Part shown: positions 26,741 through 34,715 of the stretch, in pieces
Numbering within the stretch: position 1 is the stretch's first letter
How the letters are laid out: the number at the start of each line of letters is the position of its first letter
IMG/VR virus record: IMGVR_UViG_3300040815_000349
Location: 1 to 37,853 of that record
Strand: one strand, 5' to 3'
Length of the DNA: 37,853 nucleotides
Source of the DNA: a virus
Lineage: Duplodnaviria; Caudoviricetes
Notes under the pieces: model-generated
Told to the model about the DNA's origin: nothing
What the model saw: the letters and a program-made list of their open reading frames with translations, nothing else
The model's database searches: none
Program-made: the position numbers and the translations under genes

Positions 26741-27675
26741 TAGGCTGCCATCCTGAAGTTAGTGGTTACAAACTTCCGCACTTTCTCTTGGCGGTCATTG
26801 GTTGCCGAAGCAATCGTGTCATAGTTAACACGCTTAGAGAACTTAGCATGAGTGGACCAGTCAGTAAAGGCATTGTACATTGCCCAAAGATTATGGCCCA
26901 TCCGATCTGCATAACCCTTGTAAGCATCGCAAAGATAATTAACACTTGTGTTATTGCGCTTAAGATGATATCCGTAATTCAAAGGGGCGTAAAGATTGCC
27001 ACCTTCATACAATTCATCAAGCTCAGCCCCGGTATTAGTAAAGTTAGCAATAAAGCGGGCGGCTTGGCCAGCATGAATGTGAGTGTTATACCATTGGTGC
27101 CATTGCTCCTGTTGTTCATTAACAACATCCAGAGCCTTGACAATAACACGAGAGCCGTGGTCAATGTCAAGACTTTGAACATGCTTAGATTTATAGACTG
27201 CAATCTCACCTGTGGTGAATACTTGCAGATTAGTACATGCAAACTGTTCGGCAGCTACGCTGATCATGAAGGGCCACTTAGAATCAAAGCTCGTCAGGGC
27301 CAACAGACAAAGAGCCGCAGTGTCACCGTCAGGGGTCGTGTAAGTATGGCTAGGCAACTTATATTTAACAAAGGTGCGGCAACCATGATGAGAAGTTGCA
27401 ATAGTTTCTTCAATGCCATCGGTGTTGAGGTTGCTCCACATAATGATCTTGCGGGTTGCATCAATCATTTGCTTAGGGGCTACCGGCTTGTAGCGAGAGC
27501 CATGAATACCTAACTCCTCGCCGGTATCGGTACGGTAAATAATTTCTTTTGAAGCCCGCTTAACATTGCCATGGGCATCAAAGTATTGGAGCGGCCCAGT
27601 AGCAATGTCAAAATCTGCGCGGCCATAGTCGCCAAAAACACTTGCGTTTTGAAACAGATTGGTTACGTTAGTCAT
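26740..27675 (-). CDS. DUF932/DUF945 family phage-plasmid early protein
   Basis: YRTDTGEELG...RYKPV, SFDS, ACTNLQ, KH, NLWAMYNAFTDWSTH. Confidence 0.8.
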   Translation of the reverse strand: MTNVTNLFQNASVFGDYGRADFDIATGPLQYFDAHGNVKRASKEIIYRTDTGEELGIHGSRYKPVAPKQMIDATRKIIMWSNLNTDGIEETIATSHHGCRTFVKYKLPSHTYTTPDGDTAALCLLALTSFDSKWPFMISVAAEQFACTNLQVFTTGEIAVYKSKHVQSLDIDHGSRVIVKALDVVNEQQEQWHQWYNTHIHAGQAARFIANFTNTGAELDELYEGGNLYAPLNYGYHLKRNNTSVNYLCDAYKGYADRMGHNLWAMYNAFTDWSTHAKFSKRVNYDTIASATNDRQEKVRKFVTTNFRMAA

Positions 27676-27886
27676 TGTTTTGTGCCTCACCAAAGAAGTT
27701 GAAAACCCACTCGTCTTCTAGTACATCATTAAAACTTGTTTTACCTACAACTATATCTAAAGTTTCAGGACCAATGGAAGTATCCCATACTTGATGCTCG
27801 CCGTCAATAGTTTTCGTAACATAGCACGGGGCTTTAGTTTCTTTTGAGACTTCGAAGGCCAAGCGAATAGCATCGAATACTTCCAT
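27668..27886 (-). CDS. Hypothetical protein
   Basis: 72 aa; GGGGGA RBS. Confidence 0.6.
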   Translation of the reverse strand: MEVFDAIRLAFEVSKETKAPCYVTKTIDGEHQVWDTSIGPETLDIVVGKTSFNDVLEDEWVFNFFGEAQNND

Positions 27887-27899
27887 GGTTTAATCCCCC

Positions 27900-28103
27900 C
27901 TAGACCGCGACAGATTCGCGGCCTTTGTCATCGGCGATGGCTTGGAAGCCAACAACACGGGACCGACGATGTTGAATATAAATACTCAATTTACCCATAT
28001 GAACATTATTGAAACAAGAACCAGAGCCAAAACCAAACCGACGAAGTTTAATACGACGACGAATGATGACAGAGCGATTAAAAACCTTGAAGTTAATATC
28101 CAT
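27900..28103 (-). CDS. Basic hypothetical early protein
   Basis: GAGGA RBS before ATG at 28103, directly downstream of a promoter. Confidence 0.6.
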   Translation of the reverse strand: MDINFKVFNRSVIIRRRIKLRRFGFGSGSCFNNVHMGKLSIYIQHRRSRVVGFQAIADDKGRESVAV

Positions 28104-28133
28104 GTGTGTTATCCTCGTGTTGTGTTGATGGTG

Positions 28134-28182
28134 TTGCCGTCGAGCCATTCCAAGGTAGCACGGGTCGGTCCAGCTTGTCAAC
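28134..28182 (-). promoter_or_regulatory. Early sigma70-type promoter, copy B
   Basis: TTGACA (28181-28176), 18-nt spacer ending TGC, TACCTT (28157-28152); flanks shared with copy A. Confidence 0.7.
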
Positions 28183-28798
28183 CCCCCAGGGCTTCGCCCT
28201 TAGCGTATGCAACGTGGGCTGCGCTCACATGATAACCATCCTTCCAGGCCTTGGGATTGCGGAGTGCCAAATAATTACACCAATTGTTCCAAAGTTTCTC
28301 GGTGCCAATAAACCCACAGAGTTTAATATAACTATTAATTTTACTTCTACGAGTTATAATACATTTAATATTATTAGAATATTTAAGTTTATTTGAATCT
28401 AATTGATACATTCTAATATTATGAGTATCAATACAACCAACTAAACCTGCAAATAATTGACATACAAAACCAGCTTTAGCTAAACCTAATCCATCTACTC
28501 TAAGGAAAATCTCCATAAGTTTCAAAGCTTTAGTGTCATTATCGTGCTTTGAATTAATAACAGCCATGGCTTGAGCATATATAAAATGCTTTTTAGTTAA
28601 TAAGTATTTATAAGTTTTAACTTTATTGCCCCATAAATATTTAGAAGTAATACCATTGGCCTTAACATCTTCCATTTGTTTACCTACGGTATCCCATCGC
28701 TGCTGAATACTTAGGGCCACCATAAGTATAACTTGGAATAAATTATCGGCAGACTTCTGGGCAAAGGATTGAATTTCAGTTGCATGTAAGTTATACAT
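28178..28798 (-). CDS. HhH-GPD superfamily DNA glycosylase-like protein
   Basis: VDGLGLAKAGFVCQL...GCIDTHN resembles the helix-hairpin-helix plus catalytic Asp (DTH) motif; strongly AT-rich gene. Confidence 0.65.
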   Translation of the reverse strand: MYNLHATEIQSFAQKSADNLFQVILMVALSIQQRWDTVGKQMEDVKANGITSKYLWGNKVKTYKYLLTKKHFIYAQAMAVINSKHDNDTKALKLMEIFLRVDGLGLAKAGFVCQLFAGLVGCIDTHNIRMYQLDSNKLKYSNNIKCIITRRSKINSYIKLCGFIGTEKLWNNWCNYLALRNPKAWKDGYHVSAAHVAYAKGEALGG

Positions 28799-28821
28799 AA
28801 TAACTCCCGCTAAGTTTATTT

Positions 28822-28860
28822 AGCCCCCCGAAGGGGGCTTTAAAGAGTCCCGAAGGGACT
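28822..28860. terminator. Twin GC-rich hairpins between the first two early genes (terminator or processing site)
   Basis: AGCCCCC-CGAA-GGGGGCT (a C-UUCG-G loop on the - transcript) and AGTCCC-GAA-GGGACT; no strong U-tract. Confidence 0.45.
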
Positions 28861-29351
28861 TATTTGCCAAGTTCTTCTTGGACGAAGGCCCAGAGCAGGT
28901 CAAACTTGGTTTCAAGCGTAGCTTGGCGCTTTTCAACTTCAACCACTCGGTTCTTCAAAGAATTCAGAGAATTCTTGAAGTCTTCGACGGACTGGCTAGA
29001 AGCCGAAGGCTTGGGAGCCTCTGACTCCTTCGGAGTCTCTGAAGCCTTCGGCTTGGTCTTGGTGACTTTCGTCACCTTGGCAACAGTCTTGGAAGCCTTC
29101 GGCTTGATTTTAATTTGTTTCACAAATTTGGCAGGAATCTCCTGAACTTCGAAGAAGTTCTGAACATCGGTGTGGGTTAGAGGCGTCTTAGGGTTTTCAT
29201 TCTGGTATTTAACCAGAATGGCCGTGAAGACCTTCGACATACCGTAGGTATTGTCGGAGCCATGGAGCTTTGCGAACCGAAAGCCAAGGGCTTTGAGTTG
29301 CTTGTAGGTTGCAACTTTGTTGCCAGGGACATTAGCGTAGGTATCGTTCAT
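28860..29351 (-). CDS. First early gene: hypothetical protein with Lys/Pro-rich linker and C-terminal coiled coil
   Basis: GGAGA RBS before ATG at 29351; the longer ORF-track start falls inside the promoter. Confidence 0.7.
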   Translation of the reverse strand: MNDTYANVPGNKVATYKQLKALGFRFAKLHGSDNTYGMSKVFTAILVKYQNENPKTPLTHTDVQNFFEVQEIPAKFVKQIKIKPKASKTVAKVTKVTKTKPKASETPKESEAPKPSASSQSVEDFKNSLNSLKNRVVEVEKRQATLETKFDLLWAFVQEELGK

Positions 29352-29390
29352 AGCAATTCTCCGAATTGTTTGAGTGTGATCGAAGGCCGC

Positions 29391-29440
29391 TTGCCGCCGA
29401 TGCCATTCCACTATGGCTGGTTTGGCCGCAGCTTGTCAAC
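29391..29440 (-). promoter_or_regulatory. Early sigma70-type promoter, copy A
   Basis: TTGACA (29439-29434), 18-nt spacer, CATAGT (29415-29410); flanks shared with copy B. Confidence 0.65.
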
Positions 29441-29473
29441 ACTTTTCTTCCTGGGCGATTTCTCACACAGGAA

Positions 29474-29901
29474 AATTCCGAAGGAATTCGCGCTGAAACA
29501 GGCGAAGAAAACAAGAAATATTCGAAGAATATTTTAAAGGGGGTTCCTCATCCTGTAAGGATGGAGAGATTCTGGAGATTCTCGTAGCGTGTGCGTGGGG
29601 TTAATTTTTTAAATACTTAAAAAATTTAGAGAAGTTTTTAAAAATCTTTAAATTCTTTAAAGATTTTTACAGTCTCTGGAGCCAGTCAACTAGAAATTTC
29701 TTTGAAATTTTAGAAGGGGGCCTCAAAGTCTTACTAGACTTTGGAGCCTTTTCGAGAAATTTAAAAAAATCTTTATAGATTTTTTACATGGGCGCAATGG
29801 GTGATAAATCCTATAAGGATTTCTGGAGATGTCAAAGTCTTTAGAGACTTTGGAGGGGTGGGCAGGAGGCCAGGGGGGGACCATGGTATATATATACATG
29901 G
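29474..29901. repeat. Non-coding array of short inverted repeats at the junction of the divergent arms (likely genome-end or control region)
   Basis: At least 9 perfect 6-13 bp stems with 3-4 nt loops; CAAAGTCT-N4-AGACTTTGGAG occurs twice (29724, 29833). Confidence 0.8.
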
Positions 29902-29930
29902 GTATACAATTTGAGCCAGTTGCGGTTGTC

Positions 29931-30004
29931 CACTAGTTTCCGCCGCAGCTTTGGAACTACCTCTCCAAAGGTCTTCGATGTCTACTAGATTTCTCCGCAG
30001 CTTT
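29931..30004 (+). repeat. Imperfect direct repeat ACTAG(A)TTTC..CCGCAGCTTT
   Basis: Copies at about 29932-29952 and 29984-30004. Confidence 0.65.
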
Positions 30005-30072
30005 AAAGCCTCTATACCTCATGGCCCGAGGCAGGTATGTATGGGTGTAACGGGGCCTTCGTTACACTATAT

Positions 30073-30101
30073 AGTATACAGGTAAAAACAGGTTTTGTCA
30101 A
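30073..30101 (-). promoter_or_regulatory. Leftward sigma70 promoter
   Basis: TTGACA-17 nt-TATACT on the - strand. Confidence 0.75.
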
Positions 30102-30129
30102 GTGTAACCGACGAACGGTCAAAAAGGAC

Positions 30130-30158
30130 TTGACAAAACTGTAAACCAGCGTTATAAT
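30130..30158 (+). promoter_or_regulatory. Rightward perfect-consensus sigma70 promoter for the packaging/head operon
   Basis: TTGACA (30130-30135), 17 nt, TATAAT (30153-30158). Confidence 0.9.
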
Positions 30159-30165
30159 GTAATAC

Positions 30166-30567
30166 ATGAACAATAAAAAAGAATTAACTACCAAACAACA
30201 AACATTCTTAGATAACATTGTTAGTTGTAATGGTAACTTAAAAGAAGCGGCAGAGCTTGCAGGCTATGCCCCAGGCTCCTACACCACCATTGCAAAGGGC
30301 CTGCGAAAAGAAATAATCGAGATCGCAGAGAATATCATGGCCTCAAGCGCCCCACAAGCCGCTATGAAGGTCGTTGAGATGGTTACTAGTGATAACCCAT
30401 TGCCTCAGGCTAACATTCGCCTACAGGCCGCACAGACCCTTTTAGACCGTGTGGGCCTAGGTAAAAAAGATAAACTTGAAGTTGATGTCCAAGGCTCACA
30501 GGGCCTATTTATACTTCCCGCCAAAGAGATGCATGTTATCGAAGGGGAGTATGAAGATGCGGATTAA
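30166..30567 (+). CDS. terS: Terminase small subunit
   Basis: LTTKQQTFL...AAELAGY HTH and AAQTLLDRVG; upstream of terL. Confidence 0.8.
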   Translation: MNNKKELTTKQQTFLDNIVSCNGNLKEAAELAGYAPGSYTTIAKGLRKEIIEIAENIMASSAPQAAMKVVEMVTSDNPLPQANIRLQAAQTLLDRVGLGKKDKLEVDVQGSQGLFILPAKEMHVIEGEYEDAD

Positions 30568-30799
30568 AAGGAAAACGAGTACCATTCCTTTTGGCTATAA
30601 GCTAGATGAAGATGATAATCGTTATCTTTTGTCTGTTGACGAAGAACTTGATGCTTTAGAATCTATTTTGCCCATGGTAGCCTCAAAGAGTCTATCGCTC
30701 CGTGAAGGTGCATTGTGGTTGAGCCACAAGACTGGGCGGCCCATTAGCCACCAAGGCCTAGATAAAATCTTGAAACAACGCAATGTCGCAACAACCTGA
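30557..30799 (+). CDS. Small HTH-type DNA-binding protein
   Basis: IPFGYK...SLREGALWLSHKTGRPISHQGL; GGGGAG RBS before ATG at 30557. Confidence 0.7.
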   Translation: MRIKRKTSTIPFGYKLDEDDNRYLLSVDEELDALESILPMVASKSLSLREGALWLSHKTGRPISHQGLDKILKQRNVATT

Positions 30800-32462
30800 T
30801 TGGGAAATTAACCCCGACAATTATCTAAAAGATGAGAACGGGGACTTTGTATTAAAACTAGATGGCACCCCAAAGAAAAAAGCAGGGAGGCCCAAAGGCG
30901 CAGCAGGTCGTGGTTATAATTATCATTCAAAGACCAGGGCCCAAATTAATGCAAGGCGCCAAGTTTCTCAAAAGAAAAAAGAAGTAAAGAAGCTCCAAGA
31001 AAAACTAAATAATAAAAAGACGGCTTTAAAGCTTAAAACCGAAAACCTAGAACTAGTTAACGGTAAAGCAGGCGTCATAGAAGATAAAGACCTTGAAGCC
31101 AAAGGCCCTACCATTCGTAAAGCCTTAGAAGAAAAAGTAGTCTTCAAGCCCAATGAAGGGCCGCAAACAGAGTTTTTAGCCGCAGGCGAGACCGATGTAT
31201 TATATGGGGGTGCGGCAGGGGGTGGCAAGTCATACGCCATGCTTGTTGATCCTCTGCGATATGCACACAAGGCTGCCCATAGGGCCTTGATCCTGCGGCG
31301 TTCTATGCCAGAGTTGCGAGAATTAATTGATAAGTCTCGTGAACTCTACCCCAGGGCTTTCCCTGGCTGTAAGTACCGTGAAGTAGAGAAGCTTTGGACG
31401 TTCCCAAGTGGTGCCAAGATCGAATTTGGCTTTTTAGAGCGTGATGCAGATGTCTATCGTTACCAAGGTCAAGCATATTCTTGGATCGGCTTTGACGAAA
31501 TTACGCACCAAGCAACCGAATTTGGCTGGAATTATCTTGCATCCCGACTGCGGACTACAGACCCCGAAATTGTTCCGTACATGCGTTGCACGGCTAACCC
31601 AGGTGGTGTTGGGGCCCACTGGGTCAAAAAGCGATACATTGATCCTGCACCCCCCAACCGTGGCTTTCAAGGCGCTGATGGAATCACGCGGAAATTCATC
31701 CCAGCAAGACTAGATGATAATCCGTACTTGGCCACCGATGGCCGCTACGAGCAAATGCTCAAATCGTTGCCAGACGTACAAAGGAAACAATTACTAGAAG
31801 GGAATTGGGACGTAGCAGAAGGCGCAGCATTTACTGAATTCAGTCCGCCTATGCATGTTATTACGCCCTTTGAAATCCCCCTGCACTGGCAAAGGATTAA
31901 GGGCATTGATTACGGTTACGCCTCTGAGTCTTGTTGTGTGTGGGGTGCAGTAGACCCCAGTGATGGTACCCTAATCATCTATAGAGAACTTTATAGAAAA
32001 GGGATGACGGGCGAAGAGTTAGCCATGATGCTAACGAATATGGAAGTTCAAGACCCCATGTCAATATCTGGAGTTTTGGATACGGCTTGTTGGTCAAGAA
32101 CGGGACACACGGGCCCAACCATTGCAGAAGCCCTTATACGCTCTGGTCACAAATTACGACCTGCAGACAAAAATCGTATTGCAGGCAAAATTCAAATCCA
32201 TGAATACTTGAAGATACAGCAAAGCGGTAGGCCACGACTACAAATCTTTAATACATGCCCTAACCTGATACGCGAACTTCAAAGTATTCCTCTGGATAAA
32301 TCCAACCCGGAGGATGTTGATACTCACGCTTCGGACCATGCATACGACGCATTACGTTATTTAATTATGTCGCGGCCACGGATTCAAGACCCCATGAGCC
32401 GCATGCGAGAGTTCCAGCGCGAGCAACATTTTCAACCGGCAGATAGTACCTTTGGTTACTAG
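30783..32462 (+). CDS. terL: Terminase large subunit
   Basis: Walker A GGAAGGGKS, Walker B IGFDE, TANPGG, nuclease GIDYG...DHAYDALRY. Confidence 0.95.
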   Translation: MSQQPDWEINPDNYLKDENGDFVLKLDGTPKKKAGRPKGAAGRGYNYHSKTRAQINARRQVSQKKKEVKKLQEKLNNKKTALKLKTENLELVNGKAGVIEDKDLEAKGPTIRKALEEKVVFKPNEGPQTEFLAAGETDVLYGGAAGGGKSYAMLVDPLRYAHKAAHRALILRRSMPELRELIDKSRELYPRAFPGCKYREVEKLWTFPSGAKIEFGFLERDADVYRYQGQAYSWIGFDEITHQATEFGWNYLASRLRTTDPEIVPYMRCTANPGGVGAHWVKKRYIDPAPPNRGFQGADGITRKFIPARLDDNPYLATDGRYEQMLKSLPDVQRKQLLEGNWDVAEGAAFTEFSPPMHVITPFEIPLHWQRIKGIDYGYASESCCVWGAVDPSDGTLIIYRELYRKGMTGEELAMMLTNMEVQDPMSISGVLDTACWSRTGHTGPTIAEALIRSGHKLRPADKNRIAGKIQIHEYLKIQQSGRPRLQIFNTCPNLIRELQSIPLDKSNPEDVDTHASDHAYDALRYLIMSRPRIQDPMSRMREFQREQHFQPADSTFGY

Positions 32463-32473
32463 ACGAGAAATTT

Positions 32474-34666
32474 ATGGCAGAAGCTGAAGACAAGATCACC
32501 CTGCTAGGCGCAAACAATCTTTATTTCGAAGATGTCGAAAATGAAGATGGTATGCAATTAAACCTAGAAGAAAACCTACGGTCCAATCTAGCAGGTTTGA
32601 TTGAGTCGCGTTACTATGATTCTCAGTTGGCCCGAGACCAAGACGAGAATCGTTGGATCACTGCCTACCACAATTTCCGTGGTTTGTATCCTAAGAATGT
32701 GCGGTTCCGAGAGTCCGAAAAGTCCCGAGTCTTCATCAAGATTACGAAGACCAAGGTTCTTGCAGCCTATGGGCAGTTGATTGATGTTATTTTTGGAACC
32801 GGTAAGTTTCCTATTGGGGTTACAGAGACTGAGATTCCTGAAGGCGTAGCGGAATATATCCACCTTACTAACGAACAGGCGCCCAATCTTGAATCTAGCT
32901 CCGCAACCCCAAGTTCTATTCAAAGCCCCAAAGAAACTGAAAATCCGTTTGACATTGGTTATGAAGGTGATGGGCGTGTTCTAGCCCCCGGTGCAACTTA
33001 TTCTTCGGCTAAAAAGTACCTTGACAAACTCATTGAAGATAATGCTGATCGCTTTGAAGAAGGTGCTGTTCCTGATCCGCAGATTCCTGAGCGTATGCCT
33101 GCTCAAAGTGCTGCGCGTCAAATGGAAAAGCTCATTCACGATCAGATTGACGAATCGAACGGCTCCAGTGAATTGCGTAATGCAATCTTTGAAGCCTCGT
33201 TGTTTGGTACCGGCATCATCAAAGGCCCCTTTAACTTTAATAAAACTCTTCACCGATGGGCTGAGGGGGAAGAAGGGCGTACTTACGATCCTTTGTTTGT
33301 CCGTGTACCTCGCATTGAATTCGTTTCCATCTGGGACTTTTTCCCTGATCCGAATGCCACGACAATCGAAGAATGTGAATATATTGTTCATCGACACAAG
33401 CTCAACCGCTCGCAACTCCGAGCTTTGGGCAAAATGCCTTACTTTAACAAAGATGAAATCCGAGAGTGCTTAAACCTAGGGCCCAACTACGTTGAACAAG
33501 ACTACGAACTTGAACTCAAAGACGACCAACGAACCGATAGCATCGCATCCTCAAAGTTTGAAGTTCTTGAGTATTGGGGTGTCATGGATGCCGAGTATGC
33601 TCGTGAAGTTGGCATGGAAGTCCCTGAAGAAGTGGATGACTTGGACGAAATCCAAATTAATGCCTGGGTCTGCAACGGTCGGGTACTACGCTCTGTTGTT
33701 AACCCCTTTACACCTGCCCGGATTCCCTACAATGCATTCCCATACGAGAGAAATCCTTATTCGTTCTTTGGAATCGGCGTCGCAGAAAACATGAATGACA
33801 GCCAGCAAATTATGAATGGTCATGCCCGCATGGCTATTGATAATCTGGCTCTAAGCGGCTCCCTAGTATTTGATGTTGATGAAAGCATGTTGGCAGGTGG
33901 CCAGTCCATGGAAATCTACCCTGGCAAAGTGTTCCGGCGCCAAGCCGGTATGCCCGGACAAGCCATCCATGGCCTCAAGTTCCCGAACACTTCTCAAGAA
34001 AACATGATGATGTTTGACAAGTTCCGGCAACTTGCAGACGAACAGACGGGCATCCCGAGTTACTCTCATGGTATGACGGGCGTCCAAAGCATGACTCGTA
34101 CTGCCTCTGGTATGTCTATGCTGTTGGGTGCAGCCTCCCTAAATATTAAGACTGTGGTTAAGAATCTGGATGATTTTCTGCTTAAGCCTCTTGGCCAAGC
34201 ATATTTCCAATGGAACATGCAATTCTTTGAAGGCGACATCAACACTGAAGGCGATCTAGAAATTAAAGCACAGGGCACCAACAGCTTGATGCAAAAAGAA
34301 GTTCGGTCGCAAAGGTTGACTATGTTCCTACAGACCGCACAGAATCCGGCCATTGCACCGTTTGTTAAAATGAGTAAGTTGATTTCTGAACTTGCTTACA
34401 GTCTTGATCTTGATCCTGATGAAATCCTCAACGATCCTGAAGAGGCTGCAATCGCCGCACAAATTATAGGAATGCAAAATAATGTTGGACAAGCAACTAG
34501 CCCAGAAGCTCTCGCCGCTGGTCAACAACCCGGAGCTATGGGAGGCCCTGAAGGAGTTCCTGGCGTACCAACGGAACTTGGAGCTACAGGGACTGGTGGT
34601 GGCAACATCGGAACTGGAAGTGTACCGGCGCCAGGGGAAGGTGAATTCTCTGGACAACCTTCTTAA
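32474..34666 (+). CDS. Portal protein
   Basis: 730 aa after terL; GTGIIKGP, FFPDP, FFGIGV, TASGMSML motifs of podovirus portals. Confidence 0.9.
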   Translation: MAEAEDKITLLGANNLYFEDVENEDGMQLNLEENLRSNLAGLIESRYYDSQLARDQDENRWITAYHNFRGLYPKNVRFRESEKSRVFIKITKTKVLAAYGQLIDVIFGTGKFPIGVTETEIPEGVAEYIHLTNEQAPNLESSSATPSSIQSPKETENPFDIGYEGDGRVLAPGATYSSAKKYLDKLIEDNADRFEEGAVPDPQIPERMPAQSAARQMEKLIHDQIDESNGSSELRNAIFEASLFGTGIIKGPFNFNKTLHRWAEGEEGRTYDPLFVRVPRIEFVSIWDFFPDPNATTIEECEYIVHRHKLNRSQLRALGKMPYFNKDEIRECLNLGPNYVEQDYELELKDDQRTDSIASSKFEVLEYWGVMDAEYAREVGMEVPEEVDDLDEIQINAWVCNGRVLRSVVNPFTPARIPYNAFPYERNPYSFFGIGVAENMNDSQQIMNGHARMAIDNLALSGSLVFDVDESMLAGGQSMEIYPGKVFRRQAGMPGQAIHGLKFPNTSQENMMMFDKFRQLADEQTGIPSYSHGMTGVQSMTRTASGMSMLLGAASLNIKTVVKNLDDFLLKPLGQAYFQWNMQFFEGDINTEGDLEIKAQGTNSLMQKEVRSQRLTMFLQTAQNPAIAPFVKMSKLISELAYSLDLDPDEILNDPEEAAIAAQIIGMQNNVGQATSPEALAAGQQPGAMGGPEGVPGVPTELGATGTGGGNIGTGSVPAPGEGEFSGQPS

Positions 34667-34715
34667 ACTTAAAGACATTGTAAACGTAGCGCGTAAGGAA
34701 TCTAACAATGGTTAA
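34482..34715 (+). CDS. Small helical head-module protein overlapping the portal 3' end
   Basis: 77 aa with a globular-looking sequence (W..LKEFL...YRRQG...L..L); AGGA upstream; overlaps the start of the next gene. Confidence 0.7.
   Translation: MLDKQLAQKLSPLVNNPELWEALKEFLAYQRNLELQGLVVATSELEVYRRQGKVNSLDNLLKLKDIVNVARKESNNG

Noticed and set aside
26677-27513. 278-aa + strand ORF opposite DUF932, and similar antisense ORFs over the reductase, primase, portal and ORF1
   Set aside because: Opposite well-supported genes, with no recognisable motifs.
29474-30004. Possible CRISPR or mini-CRISPR array, given the Cas4-like gene
   Set aside because: The repeats are heterogeneous inverted repeats or just two short copies, with no regular repeat-spacer period. 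Solo Cas4-like nucleases are common in phages.
30012-30218. 68-aa - strand ORF, and short ORFs at 29262-29587
   Set aside because: They run across promoter elements or hairpin DNA, lack RBS support and are probably spurious.
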